Shown here: positions 50,957 to 64,000 of the stretch, piece after piece
Layout of the letters: every line of letters begins with the position of its first letter
Position numbering within the stretch: the stretch's first letter is position 1
Assembly: GCF_008831285.2 (NCBI RefSeq)
Contig: NC_045138.2
Location: 26,722,001-26,786,000 of the forward strand
DNA from: Nymphaea colorata
Lineage: Eukaryota
DNA length: 64,000 nt
Reading direction: 5' to 3'
The notes under the pieces: model-generated
What the model saw: only the letters and a program-made list of their open reading frames with translations
Told to the model about the DNA's origin: nothing
The model's database searches: none
Made by a program: the position numbers and the translations under genes

Positions 50957-50959
<3 letters not shown>

Positions 50960-53845
50960 TATGAGTAAACTCATTTAAGTCACTCAAACCTGGTTTGGCT
51001 AAACAAAATTTGATGATTAAACGTTCTTTTGACGTTAATGCTTTCTTTTTTGTTATATTCTGATTTTTTATTGACATGTCGATACAGAATGTTCAAGTGT
51101 GCAATTTTTTAAAGTTTTCCTGTCATGAGCACACATATAACTATATGTACAGTTGCAATTATATTATAAGATTTCCAAAACTCATATAATATTTTGGGAC
51201 ATTCATTAGGTAACCCTGATGACCAAATAAGCCTCTTTTCTTTGGATGGCATGCTGCTGTGACTTGGAACTTTTCTAACTTTGAAAATCTGTATGTCAAA
51301 TTCTGCTTAGTTCAATAAAAACCAATAGAGCAAAAACCAGTTTTTAGCAAAATCCAGTTTTGATGTAATCTAGAAATGCTTGAAATTGTGTTTTGCCGAA
51401 AAAATCTCCATCCAAGTCACTCCCGATTTTTTTTTTTCACATTCGCAAATTATTCTCTTATATATGCAGGTTGCAAAGTGTAAGATAAAAATGACAAAAT
51501 ATCTCGAGATTTTCGCTCGCAAAAATCTCTTTTCCCGATAAAGAGATTTGTGACTATAGTTCGAACAGACTAACCATTCTCCAGTCACTAACTTTCAAGG
51601 GCTACGAAAAATCTAGCATTCTAGTGTTTTCTGCGGAAAGATATATCCAACGTTTGCTTGCTTCCTGTAGTTACATATGTTAAGAACATGTCCAGAATAA
51701 AAGAAAAAAAGTTTATATCATGACATATATTCGAATGAGACCCGTCTAAAATTTTGATAATAATAATAATAACAATACAAGTTTCACTCTTTTTATGGAT
51801 CCAGATCCACACTTTATATATATATATACAAATGAAACATTAGATCTCCAACATTGGTTTGTGAGATATACATATTACATATTCTTCAAGAACAAGCGAA
51901 TAATAGCATTGAAATGGTATTCTAACAATATAGAATATACTTGAGATTTGAATAATTTTATAGGAAGCTTTGACACAATCTTGGAAAACATATATTATTT
52001 TTGCTTTTATTTAATCAATAATTAGATATCTGCCGATACGAGGCTGTATCGGCCGATATCTAAAAGGCATCCCGATACGATCTTGACAACCATAGTCCTA
52101 ACCCCCCTCATGAGTCATGACTTGTCCTTGACCCATGTTTTTATTTTTCCAATTGACTGAAGTGACATTTTTGTTTTTTCTTTTCACCCCCTCTGATGAA
52201 TCAGAGGCAAATAATAAAAAAAAAGGCACATGGTTTCATGTAATAATTTAAACTTTTTTTTTTTGGCACCTTTCGAATTCCTACCAACCCCAATCCCCAA
52301 AAGGTGTTTGCGGGCGCATGAGTGAAGTGACTCCAAAGGCAAAAAAGGCCACACTTTTCAAAGTGTTCCAAGGAATCTATGCGCTCTCTTTTTTTCAAAA
52401 AAGTTGTCGACCAAACTATCCGAAGTTTTTTTTTTATTTAAATAAATAATTTAAGTACTTTAAATTAATTTTAAAAATCAATTATTTTACATTTAGTAAT
52501 TTAACTAGTTGAATGAGTGGAAAGAAACTGTCTAGAGTTACATTAGGATTTGAATGAACTTATATTTATTTTTTTTAACTTGAAAATAACGGTTATATCT
52601 TTATTTTACAGTTCAAAAAAAATAACAACAATCAAAGTGAATGACCAAACAAAAACAAATATAGTTGTTTTGTTTGGTTTTCTTTTGGTTTTAGGTCCAG
52701 CGTTAGGCCACTTGTTTGTACTGAAGCGGCGGCTACTCTAAATCAGGCGGTTCTGTTCTGGCTTTTCTGCGGCCGCCGGCGTTCTGATTTAACTTTTTAC
52801 TTTACTGTGGGTGTCAAGTTTCAACAGATGGGTGAAGCATTATTGGGGACCGTCGCATGTGGTCTCTTTCATCCATCATCCCTACGCGTTGGGGAAATCT
52901 GATCGTTCCCCAAATCAGGATGTAACATCAATCACCGTAGGTTAATCTCGTCTTCTCATTTTCAATTCGAGCAGGAAAGGCGTACACGACGATCAATGCT
53001 GATGTTGGTCATCATCCATCACAAACCAGGCACTGGAGATTTCAGTTTTATCTAAGATTTATGAGTTTTAACGAAGCATATGATGTGCCTATGTTTACTG
53101 AAAAGACAGTGAAAGCCTGCTTCCCTTGATTTAATTGTCCATGTTCATAGCGGCATCCCCAACAGTGTTTACCCTGAAGAGATCGCCCTTTTAAGTATAT
53201 TGATCGATCCTTGGGGTTGAGGATGCACTTTCTGATTGTTGCAGTCTCTTCATTCTACAGTTTCTTTCTGGGCAGACCCTTTTCTTTTGGTCTTATGGAG
53301 TGGAGTATTCTGCAACTGCCCAAATTGATGCATTATCTGCAGAGACGAATATGCTTTGCATCAGATTTACAAGGCTTGTTGGGTAGCAGAATTTGATACT
53401 TGTGCCCCCACTTTTTTTATACATATGTTGATATTCTCCGCTTCATGGAAACCCAATTGCAGAGCAGGACATGGTTAATTATTTGTCTGACTGTTGATTA
53501 CAATGAACCATTAAAGAGAAAAACTTCGGTCAACATCATGTGAAAACTCAGATTGCAGAAAATCAAGGCCATTTTATCGTATAAAGATTTTTTTTTTTTG
53601 AGTAGGGCGGTACCATTTTCTTTTATGCTACCAAAGTTTTTCCCGAATGTTGTTTATGCTCATATAGTAAATGCTTGTTTCAATATGTTTTATTTTGGGT
53701 CCTCATTCATGACAAACTCTGTTGGTTTGTAAGATATAAGGAAGTGAATAGATCATATCTGTATGGGATGTATACCGCAACTAAGTTTGATCCATTGTTA
53801 CATATATTGTGTATGAGTATTATACGGTAAGGAATTTCTCGAGTA

Positions 53846-54131
53846 TGATATGACAAAATTGTATATCTCGAGAATATCTCGGGAAAATCTCGACAAATTT
53901 TTAAAAATTTTAAAATATTTAATAAATCTTAAAAATTATAAAAAAACAAAAATTAATAAAAATATGAAAAAACGCAAAAAATGTGTATTATACATGTTTT
54001 TTTCACGTTTTTTTTTTATTTTGTGGATTTTTTTTAAAAAAAACGCATCTAATTACTGTTTTATACGACTGACTAAATTTTCGTGTATTTAACGCATTGT
54101 TTTTAAATAAAATGTGTTTTTTGTGACAATG
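53846..54131. mobile_element. Degenerate MITE related to the 1410-1752 family
   Basis: The right end TGTGTTTTTTGTGACAATG resembles CATGTTTTCTGTGACTATA of the 22194-22605 copy. A/T-rich core with ATCTCGAG motifs. Confidence 0.45.
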
Positions 54132-56619
54132 ATTAACTTTGATCAATCAAACAATTGCATATTTAGCTTCAAATTTGAATGAAGAAAAGCAAGAGCATAT
54201 GTAAATCCAATTCTTAAAAGTCCAACAGAGTCCAAAAGTCATTGATGATAGATCCGATGCTTCCAAATCCCATCCCACATTTAATGATGAAGTTATAATC
54301 TGATCTACAATGATGAATTAGATATGGATAATCAAAAATTTAACTGGGCATATTACATTAGTTATGATATCCATGTCCAGGTCTGGCTATAATTCTTACA
54401 ATAGCGGCCTTAGTTTTCAATATATATATATATATTGATATATAAACCTAAGTTTCAAAAGAAATTTATATAACAGTAATAAGTCCCTAAACTTCCAAGA
54501 CATTAGCTGTAATTAGAAAAATGATATTTGCAGATTGGCATTCAATAAGTTAATTGGGTCATTTGATATCACTTGCATGCTTTTGCTTAGGCATACAAGT
54601 TGGCAAGTCAAACTCTATATGGATCTGAATTTTCAAAATGCCTATGTTAGGACTGAACATGTCCAACTCAAAAGACTAAGTTTTCCAAATATTCATTTCC
54701 TTCATGGGCACTTAATCATCTCTGGCGGATTTTCTTCACCGGCGGCAATCTTCCCCGCCTGAACCTACTTGACTGATTGATTATGACTGTACTGGAACTT
54801 CACTTACTGATCTGATAACAGGAAATGCATACAGAATCACAGATTGGACATAGTAGAGCTAAAAGAGGCAGAACATCAACCTTGGTCCAACGTATATTGC
54901 ATCACTATGCTGTTCATGAAAGCTTTTGTTCATTATCCGGATCAACTAATTGTTCATTTTCTCGGATCTCTAGCTCTAATCTGGTAGCTCGTTATTTGTC
55001 TGTATATATAAGCTCAACCTTCTTCACTGAGGCTATGTTGGATGCCTAGCCTGGGATTTGAAATCTGCATTAGGTGAGATCCACTACTGAAGTAAACAGT
55101 GGATTTCACAGCTGTGGATTTAATTAAGAGCCACATTACCTTATAAAAAACATGGATCTGTACGGGTTTAAGATATCTGTGGATCTGGGTACCCTTGGAT
55201 CCTCAGATCTAAGGTCCACTAGTCATTAAGTGAACAAAGGTACTGTGGTTAGCAATATTAGTTTAACCTTAGTTGATACCACAAAAAGAAGGTTGCCCTC
55301 TTCTCAAAATGCAAAAATTTAGTTCATGTTCTATAAAGCACAATTAAGTTGAAGCTCGGATCACCTGCATGTCTAAGGGGTTAGACTTAAGAACTAGATC
55401 AAAAGCTCAAATCCCAAGAACGTGAACTACTGGGAATTTCTGCCAACTTTGCTAAACATGTTTGGTTTCTACTTTTAGCTAATTGTGTGAAAGGAATCGC
55501 AACAAATATCTGTTTTTTCCTTTTTTCTCAGCTTCATGAAAGTCCTGATTCCAATATATTTAATGCTTCATTTGTACAATAATTTGATCAGCACGGCTGT
55601 CAGTGTAAAGAATCCTAATCAATAACTCGATTCTATATACATATTCTCAAGAAGCACTATATGTCTGACAGTCCAAGCCTGCCTTACCACACTAACCCGA
55701 TTGAGTGTAGTTTTAGTTTTAAACTAATTGCTGGATAGAAATGTTGAAGCGCTTCTTAATTCAGAGAGAGGGAGAGAGAGAGAATAAGGCACATAACATG
55801 TCCGGCAGATACCTACCTGGCTGAAGAAGGTGAAGAGTAAAACAGTAATATGAAGAAATGTCTGTCAGGAACTAACTTTCACAGAAGAAGAAGAAGAAGA
55901 AGAAGGAAGAAGCAGGGAGGGGGGTGGAACTTGCTTGGAAGGAGAGGATTTAGGCAGAAAGTACATCTACGGTTGGGAATTCATTTTTCAACGTCGACAT
56001 CCAAAATAAATGTGCTTGGCATAATGTGGTATGACCACAACTTTCTGTGGTCAATATTATAGATTTGGCAATAAAGAACCTTAAAGCCTAGGGTGGGGTT
56101 ATAAAGAGCTAGGGCTCTAGTTGGAACAGAAAATGAGGTCCTAGCTAGCTAGTGACCTAAACCAACTTGGATCTGAATCTGCCTGCAACCAATTCAATCC
56201 CATTCACGAGAGCTAAGCTACACATATGAACCAATCAATGGCGAGGCTGATGCAAGTTTTTAAGTGGGCATTGTCAAGTTTCACACATGAATGATCCTAT
56301 CAAAAGGATTGCAATACGAAAACAGCGTATTTTTGGTTTAGATCCACAGAAAATTTTTCTCCTACTTGATGGGATCTTATCGATTTAAGGAGCCAAATCT
56401 TGAACAGTTAAAAGGCCACTAATGATTTCTTGAACAATCAGGCTGGACTACCCTAGAGTTGCTAACTCATAGACACACAAGGACTAAACCAAAGCGGTTT
56501 AATTTTTACTGCAACTAAGAGAAGATCTAGTGCCACAAAACCACATATTTCTGGTTACTGTAGCATGAATATTTGGCATGCAAGCTTGTCAAGAATGTAT
56601 ATACGATTACTGATAAACG

Positions 56620-56848
56620 TTGCTTCAAATACTGAGAAAACACCGGAACTATTTTCATGTCGTTCATACTTCACACTGTAAAAGTATCACAAATCTACAT
56701 TGCTTCAAATACTGAGAAAACACCGGAACTATTTTCATGTCGTTCGTACTTCACACTGTAAAAGTATCACAAGCCTACATTGCTTCAAATATTGAGAAAA
56801 CACCGGAACTATTTTCATGTCGTTTCATACTTCACACTGTAAAAGTAT
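56620..56848. repeat. 80-bp tandem repeat, ~2.9 copies, upstream of the B-sister MADS gene
   Basis: TGCTTCAAATA(C/T)TGAGAAAACACCGGAACTATTTTCATGTCGTT... starts at 56621, 56701 and 56781. Confidence 0.93.
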
Positions 56849-56860
56849 ACACTTTTCTGC

Positions 56861-56863
<3 letters not shown>

Positions 56864-56906
<43 letters not shown>
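56864..56906. repeat. (TA)n microsatellite adjacent to the 80-bp array
   Basis: Directly visible. Confidence 0.9.
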
Positions 56907-56908
<2 letters not shown>

Positions 56909-57540
56909 ATGCATTTTCATAATTTACTGTAAGAAATGTGCTCTTGAAAGGGGAAAAAAAGAGATTTTCCTGCAAAATTTGGAGATATTTGTCCTCCCCG
57001 ACAAGTTGCCTCTTGAATGAAGCGGATTTGATATGGGTATGATCAATAATAGATAAACCGATGAAGGGAAGGAGAAGTTGTGGGGGACAAGGCGGTAGTG
57101 GTGTACCAGAAGAAGCAAAGAGCCCGTTTTACGTCACCCTCCAGCATTCCCTAAACTGATACGCACTCCTCTGCTACACGTCGCCAGTGCCATGCACCAA
57201 ACAAGGCAACCTCCTCCATTTCTCCTTCCCCAAATGGAATGGTACAGCGTTCCTCCAACTGGGAACCTCATCAACACACCCTCCACCTCCATTCAGATGT
57301 CTCCCCACATCCTCATTCTCATTTAAACAATCCAATTCCTGCTCTTCTTTTCAAGAAAAAGCTTCAGTAGGCTTCTTTTTGACAAATGAGAGAGCGAGAG
57401 AGAGAGAGCACATTGCTGGGGTCTAATTGAATTCTTTTTGAGAGTGGTAGGTTTGAACCAGAGATATGGACGATCTGTCTGTTGCCGAAAGGGTCATTGC
57501 AGCCCAGTGGTTCCTTGCAGGGCTCTCCATTCTCCCCCAC

Positions 57541-57550
57541 CCAAAAATGG
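57541..57550. promoter_or_regulatory. CArG box (MADS-domain binding consensus) upstream of the B-sister gene
   Basis: CCAAAAATGG is an exact CC(A/T)6GG match ~480 bp before the ATG. Function is inferred. Confidence 0.45.
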
Positions 57551-57654
57551 CACCAGAGGGCAGTTACCCATCCACACCACCTTTTCCTTTTTCCTTTCTT
57601 GGGGCAATACCACATGGCAGACCTCATTCATGACTGAGAGCACCTCCCCTCCCC

Positions 57655-57688
<34 letters not shown>

Positions 57689-58028
57689 TCTGTTCATCAC
57701 CGCGTTTCTTCTCCTTATCAGAATTTCCATTTCTGATGACAGTTCTTTATGCTAGGTAATCTTGATATAAGGCAAACCCAATTATGTTTCGCACACACTA
57801 AAACATCTTTCATGTTATTGCACACACTGGCCCTCTTTCTCTTTCCCTTTCTGCCTGCGAGTCTCCTTTTAACTCAAAGAAGGAGGAGGCACTCTTAAGA
57901 TCTTTTGAGAGACAAACCCACTAAACCAGTTTTGGCTCCACCTTTCTTCTACAAGAAAGAAAGCAAGAGGGGGAAGAAAGCTATTATTGTTAACAGCCTG
58001 AGAGTGTGGAGATCATATTTAAGCGAGC

Positions 58029-61000
58029 ATGGGACGTGGGAAAATCGAGATCAAGCGGATTGAGAACGCCACCAACCGGCAAGTGACGTTCTCCAAGCGG
58101 CGGGGCGGGTTGCTGAAGAAGGCGCATGAGCTCGCCGTCCTCTGCGATGCCCAGATCGGACTCATCATCTTCTCCAGCAGTGGGAAGATGTTCGAGTACT
58201 GCAGTCCCCACTCCAGGTTCCTCCATATCTGTCGCAGCAATGCTGTTTTATAATTGTTTTCTCTTGCCTAGGATTTTGGTCTAGAAAATTTGATCAAGTG
58301 AAGCCATTCTTCAGATTATATATATTTTGGTAAGATGTGACAAGTTTTCTTCGTTAAGTGCGTGATTTTCTGCTTACTTTCATGAAAGATTTAGCAGTGC
58401 AGTTCTATATTAACTTGACTATGAAGCGATTCCAGGTTTCATAATTATAAGATCCTGAAATCTTTGACCGGATTGACAATAAAGACTTTGCTTTAATTAT
58501 TGCTAGATATTTAGGTTCTTTCCTTTTCCTTCAGATGGTTTTATAGACGCTGGGGTAAATCTTGACATGAAAATGACATTGCTTTCTTTCTATTTAATTT
58601 GAACATATTGTCACAGCTTCTGAGTCCTTGTTCTTCTCCAATGAAACATTTTGACTAAAAAATCGAAGGCGTCTATCAAATAATTTGGTTCTGATATGCT
58701 TGTTATGAAGCAGCTGAAGTAAAGACACATGCGATACGATGATCATGAACCATAATTATTTGACAGACAGCTGTTAATCAAAAGGATTATATAATCGAAT
58801 CACGATAGTCGAACTAAATCAACTAAGTCTTGTGATTAATGAGCAGCAGCACAAGACATTAAAAGAGATAAAGTTCTTCATATGAAATTTTCTGAATCTT
58901 TATATTCTTTCGTTATTATAAGGAATTCAGCTTTCACAAATGACACAACAAGGGAAGAAATTAAGAAACACAGAAAGATGTGAGGAAAAACGAAAATAAA
59001 AAAGCTGATGCGTTTCTAGACATACACTTATTTTTGGTTCAGATTAACAAAACTTAATTATAGGTTCCAATTACTTTCTCTACAATCCGGTCGTTATGAG
59101 GTGAAGGAACTGCTATGTAAGACGCTGGATTGCATTACATGGAACAGTCTTTATCTGCTGTTCTTTGGTTTTATAACGTAAAACATATTCAGACATGCAA
59201 AAACAGCCTGCCATTAGTAGAAAAACTCAAATTCGGAAGAGTGGTACTGCAGGATATAATGATTAACTTCACTCTATGCCATCAAGCATATAAATCGCCT
59301 CTCAGTCACCTCGTAGTCAATAAATACTATGCTTAACGATAGTACAGAACTTCTTTTCATGTATCATCTCGACTACAGATTCTCAAGCAGTCAAACTGGC
59401 CTTTACCAGATTCTCGTCATAGATTGATGAAACGTCATTTGAAGAACACTATTGTTTAACTATAATAAGATTCTGCCTTTCATGCTATACACACGCGCGC
59501 ATGCACATATCTGTTTCCAAGCGTATTAATTCCTAAAGCACGTATCATTCGCCTGCTAAGGAACTGATCCGATAGTTCATCGACTAAGAGAGAAAATATC
59601 CCGGTGGTGTTCTCGATACTTGTTTCTACATTCACTCCGTTCAGATCACGTCCATTGATCTTCAGATGAAAAGAATGTTGACGAATGCATCTTTTGTCTT
59701 CACAGTGCATAGGCAATATCCTCACAGGCAGACCATTTTCTGTAGCACGTTGGTGAGCATGTTTTGGGAAAAAGGGAACAGTTTTTGGCAGTCAGAAACT
59801 TGGCTTATTCAAACCAAATTGGCAATATCCTTCACTTTAAGCAACAGATTTGCAAGATGAAATCAGTATCATCAAGTAGAGGATATGGCGGTGCTGGGTT
59901 TGCCATGTGGGTCTGCAGGTCATCTGAACAGGCATAAGTCTGTAGTAGGACCACCCTGCACACTGTGAAATGGTGCAGAGTCTCAATGAAAGCTCATCAT
60001 TTCCGGGCTTGTTTAGCCTTTACTAGACATTAGTTCACGAGTGTATAATCACAAGCATCGGGATATGTTTCTACTGTGTCACCAACTTATAGGATATTTC
60101 GTGATATTTGCAACTTATTTTTACATGTTTGCGTTTCAAGATTTCTTCTCGACTTTTTAATTTTTCTTGAGTAATTTTGTGGTTTAAATTTTCCAAGATT
60201 CATCTTGAGAAAAAACGATGAAGTTAAGGAAAGGAAGTAGATGACTCTATTCATGAAATGTGCAGGAGGAGCTGGTAATTTGTATGGTACAAGAACGACG
60301 TGCATAAGAACTTTTGCTGCTATGTGTAGCTTAGATGAGTCGAGATGCTAAGATTTCAATCCAACTGCTACTAGTGACCCTGTAGGACATGTAAACGGGA
60401 ATTCCAGATCTAGGAACTTTAAAGATTATGAAGGGAGCGCTACCCAATTAAATACCACATTTTGTTGGTCGATAATATGCCAGATCTTTAGAATTTTACA
60501 CTTTTTCTCTTCTAAAATATAATTTTCGACATCAATGTCATATACTTTGTTTTTGTGTTTACACGTTCTTAGTCATGTTATAGAATATTTTTTTCATCCT
60601 TGTGAGCGCATAGTAGCTATTACCATGTATCAAATGATGAAATAGAAAGTGGTCACTCTTGCAGCATGCGCCAGATTATTGATAGATTCAAGAAAGCATC
60701 AGGCACTCGAATTCAGGAATACGATGATAAACAGGTTGGTCAGCACCAACAGATCTTCGCATTTTTTTTCCTTTTATGTAAATTATTGCAATATACAATA
60801 TCGTACAGATGATTGACTATCGCAATTGAGTTCGATAAGATTACCTGACCATTGCCAGCAGATATACTGTGAGATGACAAAAATGAAGAATGAGAATGAC
60901 AAGCTGCAAGCAACCATGCGACACTTAACTGGGGAGGATCTCACCACTCTCACCATGAACGATTTGCATCACCTTGAACAGCAACTTGAAGTTTCTGTAG

Positions 61001-62008
61001 ATCGAGTTCGCGCAAGGAAGGTACAATTACAACGACAACTCCTCATGCTCTTCTCTCTCATTCTCGCTCTCCCTATCTGTATATGGGGTGCACTAACACA
61101 TGGATGCTTACCCAGAACCAGTTGATCAACCAACAGCTTGACAACTTGCGTCGGAAGGTACCATTTGTACTTAAATGCATTGTTTCTTCATTTAGTTCAA
61201 GCCATAAAGTTACAAGAATCAAGATCACGTTGAGAGCTGAACTTTCTTCTCTTGTGAATAGGAGCGCCTTTTGGAAGAACACAACAATGAATTATCGAGA
61301 GCGGTAATCTGTACTTTCCAAGTTTCAACTTAGTTCTTTTTCTTGTTTCCCATTTTTGCAGCTCTATAATTGTTCTTTTTGTGTTGGATAGACTTTGGCT
61401 TCGTCCTTAGGTTCATATTTATGATAGTGGTTGAAATTTCAGCCTGAAAATCTGGAACTTATAGAAGTTAAGTCTAGCTTGGTGTATCTGCTTCTGAGTC
61501 AAATACGTCTTCTTTCTTATTCATTTTACAACGGCATACAGGAAAGGCGCTACTAGGAGAAATTTAAGTAGAAGCTAAGAATATCCCACAATGATTCGGT
61601 TAATGTGAATCTTAGAAGAAACCACACCTTCCATACCTACCAAAATTGAATTGGTGATTCATTCTTGTTTTTTTCGTTCTGATTCCATCTTCCTCTTCGG
61701 CCATGTAACGAGTTCTCTTCCATGTTCTAGAGAGGGAAAGAAACAGAGAAAAGGGAAGAATATATTATTATATTACGCTTTCAATTTTACCTTGCTTGTT
61801 TCTTTCGCAGCTAATTGAACGCCAAGTGGCAATGGAGCCCAAGGTGATCGATGCCCCAGCGCTGCTCGACCACTTTGGCACCTTCTATCAAGATGAGCAA
61901 TCCAGAGACCTGCTTCAGCTTTCTCCTCCTTTCTCCTACCGGCTTCAGCCCACTCAGCCCAACCTGCAGGATCCAAACCTCCATCACCATGGCCTGCAGC
62001 TCTGGTAA
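58029..62008 (+). CDS. B-sister (Bs) MIKC-type MADS-box transcription factor (TT16/ABS, OsMADS29, GGM13 clade), about 233 aa
   Basis: Exons 58029-58216, 60665-60734, 60859(or 60862)-61020, 61116-61157, 61262-61303, 61811-62008. MADS domain [61 protein letters not shown]-box exons of 162/42/42 nt. The C-terminus [12 protein letters not shown]...HHHGLQLW is typical of B-sister proteins. Confidence 0.93.
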
Positions 62009-64000
62009 TCTGAAAAACCTGAAAGAAATAAAGGAACACCTTCACGCCGTCCATTCTGTATCGTACTTCTGTCAGCTGAATCATATATATTTCACTACTT
62101 TGATCACTATCTGATTATCTGCAGACTGTCCTGCTGATGATGAAAAGACTGGAACGATGCTGTGAACGTATTAACTAGTGAAGAAAGAACTTTAAAGTCG
62201 GGGCAGAGAAATGAAACCAAACAACGAAGACATCTATTTAGTTATGTTTTAATTTCTTTTTCCATGCTAACTAGAAGAGCAGACTGTGAGCTGACTACTC
62301 TATTTGGGTTCATATATGGATGCCATGAACATATTTATGTGACAGAAGACTAAGTGATTATGCCTCAATATTTGATTAGTACAGTTAGCGTAATTAAGCT
62401 CATAAAATCGTCAACATAGTAGAACCATGCATTATTTCATAAGAGAACGTATCATAGACAATTTAAAATATCTTAAGCATTATATATAAAAATGCGAATG
62501 AGCGACTGGAAAACACTGGATCTATTTGTTTTCGAGTCAGTGCTGATTGGTTGATCACTGGATCTATTTGTTTTCGAGGCATTTTTATATATAATGCTTA
62601 GTTTGAGATTCTGTATTTCTTAACTAATTATGGGTTCATTTGTTAAGCTGTCCTCCAAACATGACGAGAAGTTTACTTATCAAACTTGAATCTTTTGAAA
62701 TTCTATGATGTCCTCTTGAGTGGTCTCTAAATATATTACGTGAATGTTTATGTATCCATGCCATTAATCTATCTATGCATCTGGGCGAGCGGTTTGGGCA
62801 ATGTACAAGGCATGCATCAAACAATATTGAACGGTTCATCAACTCTGACTCATTCTACTTCTTATGGCAGTTCTTGGAAGAGATGATCTACAATAATTGG
62901 AAGGATCTAAATAGTCATGGTCCCCTTTAAGTTCCATCTACTGAAGCCAAAACCTTTCATCACCTAAGATGAAAATTGCAAAAGAACTGAGCTTGTCACT
63001 CAAAGTTAAAGAATCAGCAGTTTCGTTTGCGTATAATTTCCTGTCTTTTCCGGTCTATGAGATGATCTTTGACTTTGAGGGTTTAAGGGGAAGCTAGCCA
63101 TGTCCACCGTCGTAGATAATTAATATACTATTTTCAAGTGAATAGGAGGTTCACAATCTACTGCCCATAAGAGGCTCAACCCCATTCCCCCTTCTTATAG
63201 TGTCCATGGCTGCATTGAAGCCTAGATAAGCAGCGGACCACCTTCAAATCAACTCGATTTGGAATTCTATTTTTATGGTTCTAGCACCCATAAGAATACA
63301 CGATCTACATGTACCATGTACCAACCAGCCATCCTACGGCCTTTGAAGCTAAAGAATGTATTATTTGAGATAAATTTTCAGTACTTATGTGTTTTTTTAA
63401 CTGGTAAATTAATTCGAGGACTACTCTTAAGGCTGTCATTTTGACTGATTCTAAGAGAGTGGCATTAGAAAAATTGTGAAAACAAGTTCACATCAAAATG
63501 TCAGCTCATATTAGATCAAAAAGAAAAAAATCATGAAGATCGATCCATATCAAACCGCCGACATTGTCATGATGATGAGTAAGACGTAAGCCAGTATTCT
63601 CATGACAAACAGCAAGGTTATTCATTAGGATATGAATGAGCAGCACGACAGAAAGTTGACTAGAAAGTAAGTCTTTCGTTCACGATCTCTTTCAAGTGCA
63701 GTTTCAATTCCATATAAAATTCACTCCACGCATGTGCATGAGCTGGATCCTTTATTTGTGCCATCAGTTTTACTCCAGCTACATTATCAGTGTAAAACAC
63801 ATATTGAAATTAAAGATATGCCTTTCCATTTTAGTAACATAACATAGAATAGAAGATTATATGTAAATAAGTAGTATATACGAGTCTGTGGAGACAATTG
63901 ACCACATAAGTCTACATGTGTCTTCACCACCACCGTTGTATGCATGTATAAAGGCAGCTGCCCCCCAGACAGGCAAGCCCGTATTCAACAGTGGGGCCAG

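Noticed and set aside
56620..56848. Regularly spaced repeats that might suggest a CRISPR-like array
   Set aside because: The units are full-length tandem copies with no unique spacers; eukaryotic context and no cas genes.

Overview
This is AT-rich, intron-containing nuclear DNA from a flowering plant; the species cannot be fixed from the sequence. I spliced five protein-coding genes by hand. (1) The 3' part of a group-B3 Raf-like MAPKKK (EDR1/CTR1 family, + strand, truncated by the window start). (2) A DUO POLLEN 3 / GON4L-YY1AP1-like nuclear protein (- strand). (3) An LLM-domain B-class GATA factor of the GNC/CGA1 type (+). (4) A complete 15-exon mitochondrial glycine decarboxylase P-protein gene (-). 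(5) A B-sister MIKC MADS-box gene (+). Introns and intergenic DNA carry several short non-autonomous DNA transposons with 8-bp target-site duplications (hAT-like MITEs), hairpin elements embedded in (TA)n tracts, tandem duplications and microsatellites. I found no rRNA, tRNA or CRISPR features, and no convincing new multi-gene system. The best leads are a 114-bp near-perfect palindrome in a GLDP intron (hairpin small-RNA candidate), two GC-AG introns with the same AAG|GCATGT donor in neighbouring genes, (TA)n-embedded hairpin elements, an 80-bp tandem array plus CArG and GA-repeat sites upstream of the B-sister gene, and a possible 3'-UTR intron in the kinase. Family assignments rest on motif recognition from memory, not database searches.
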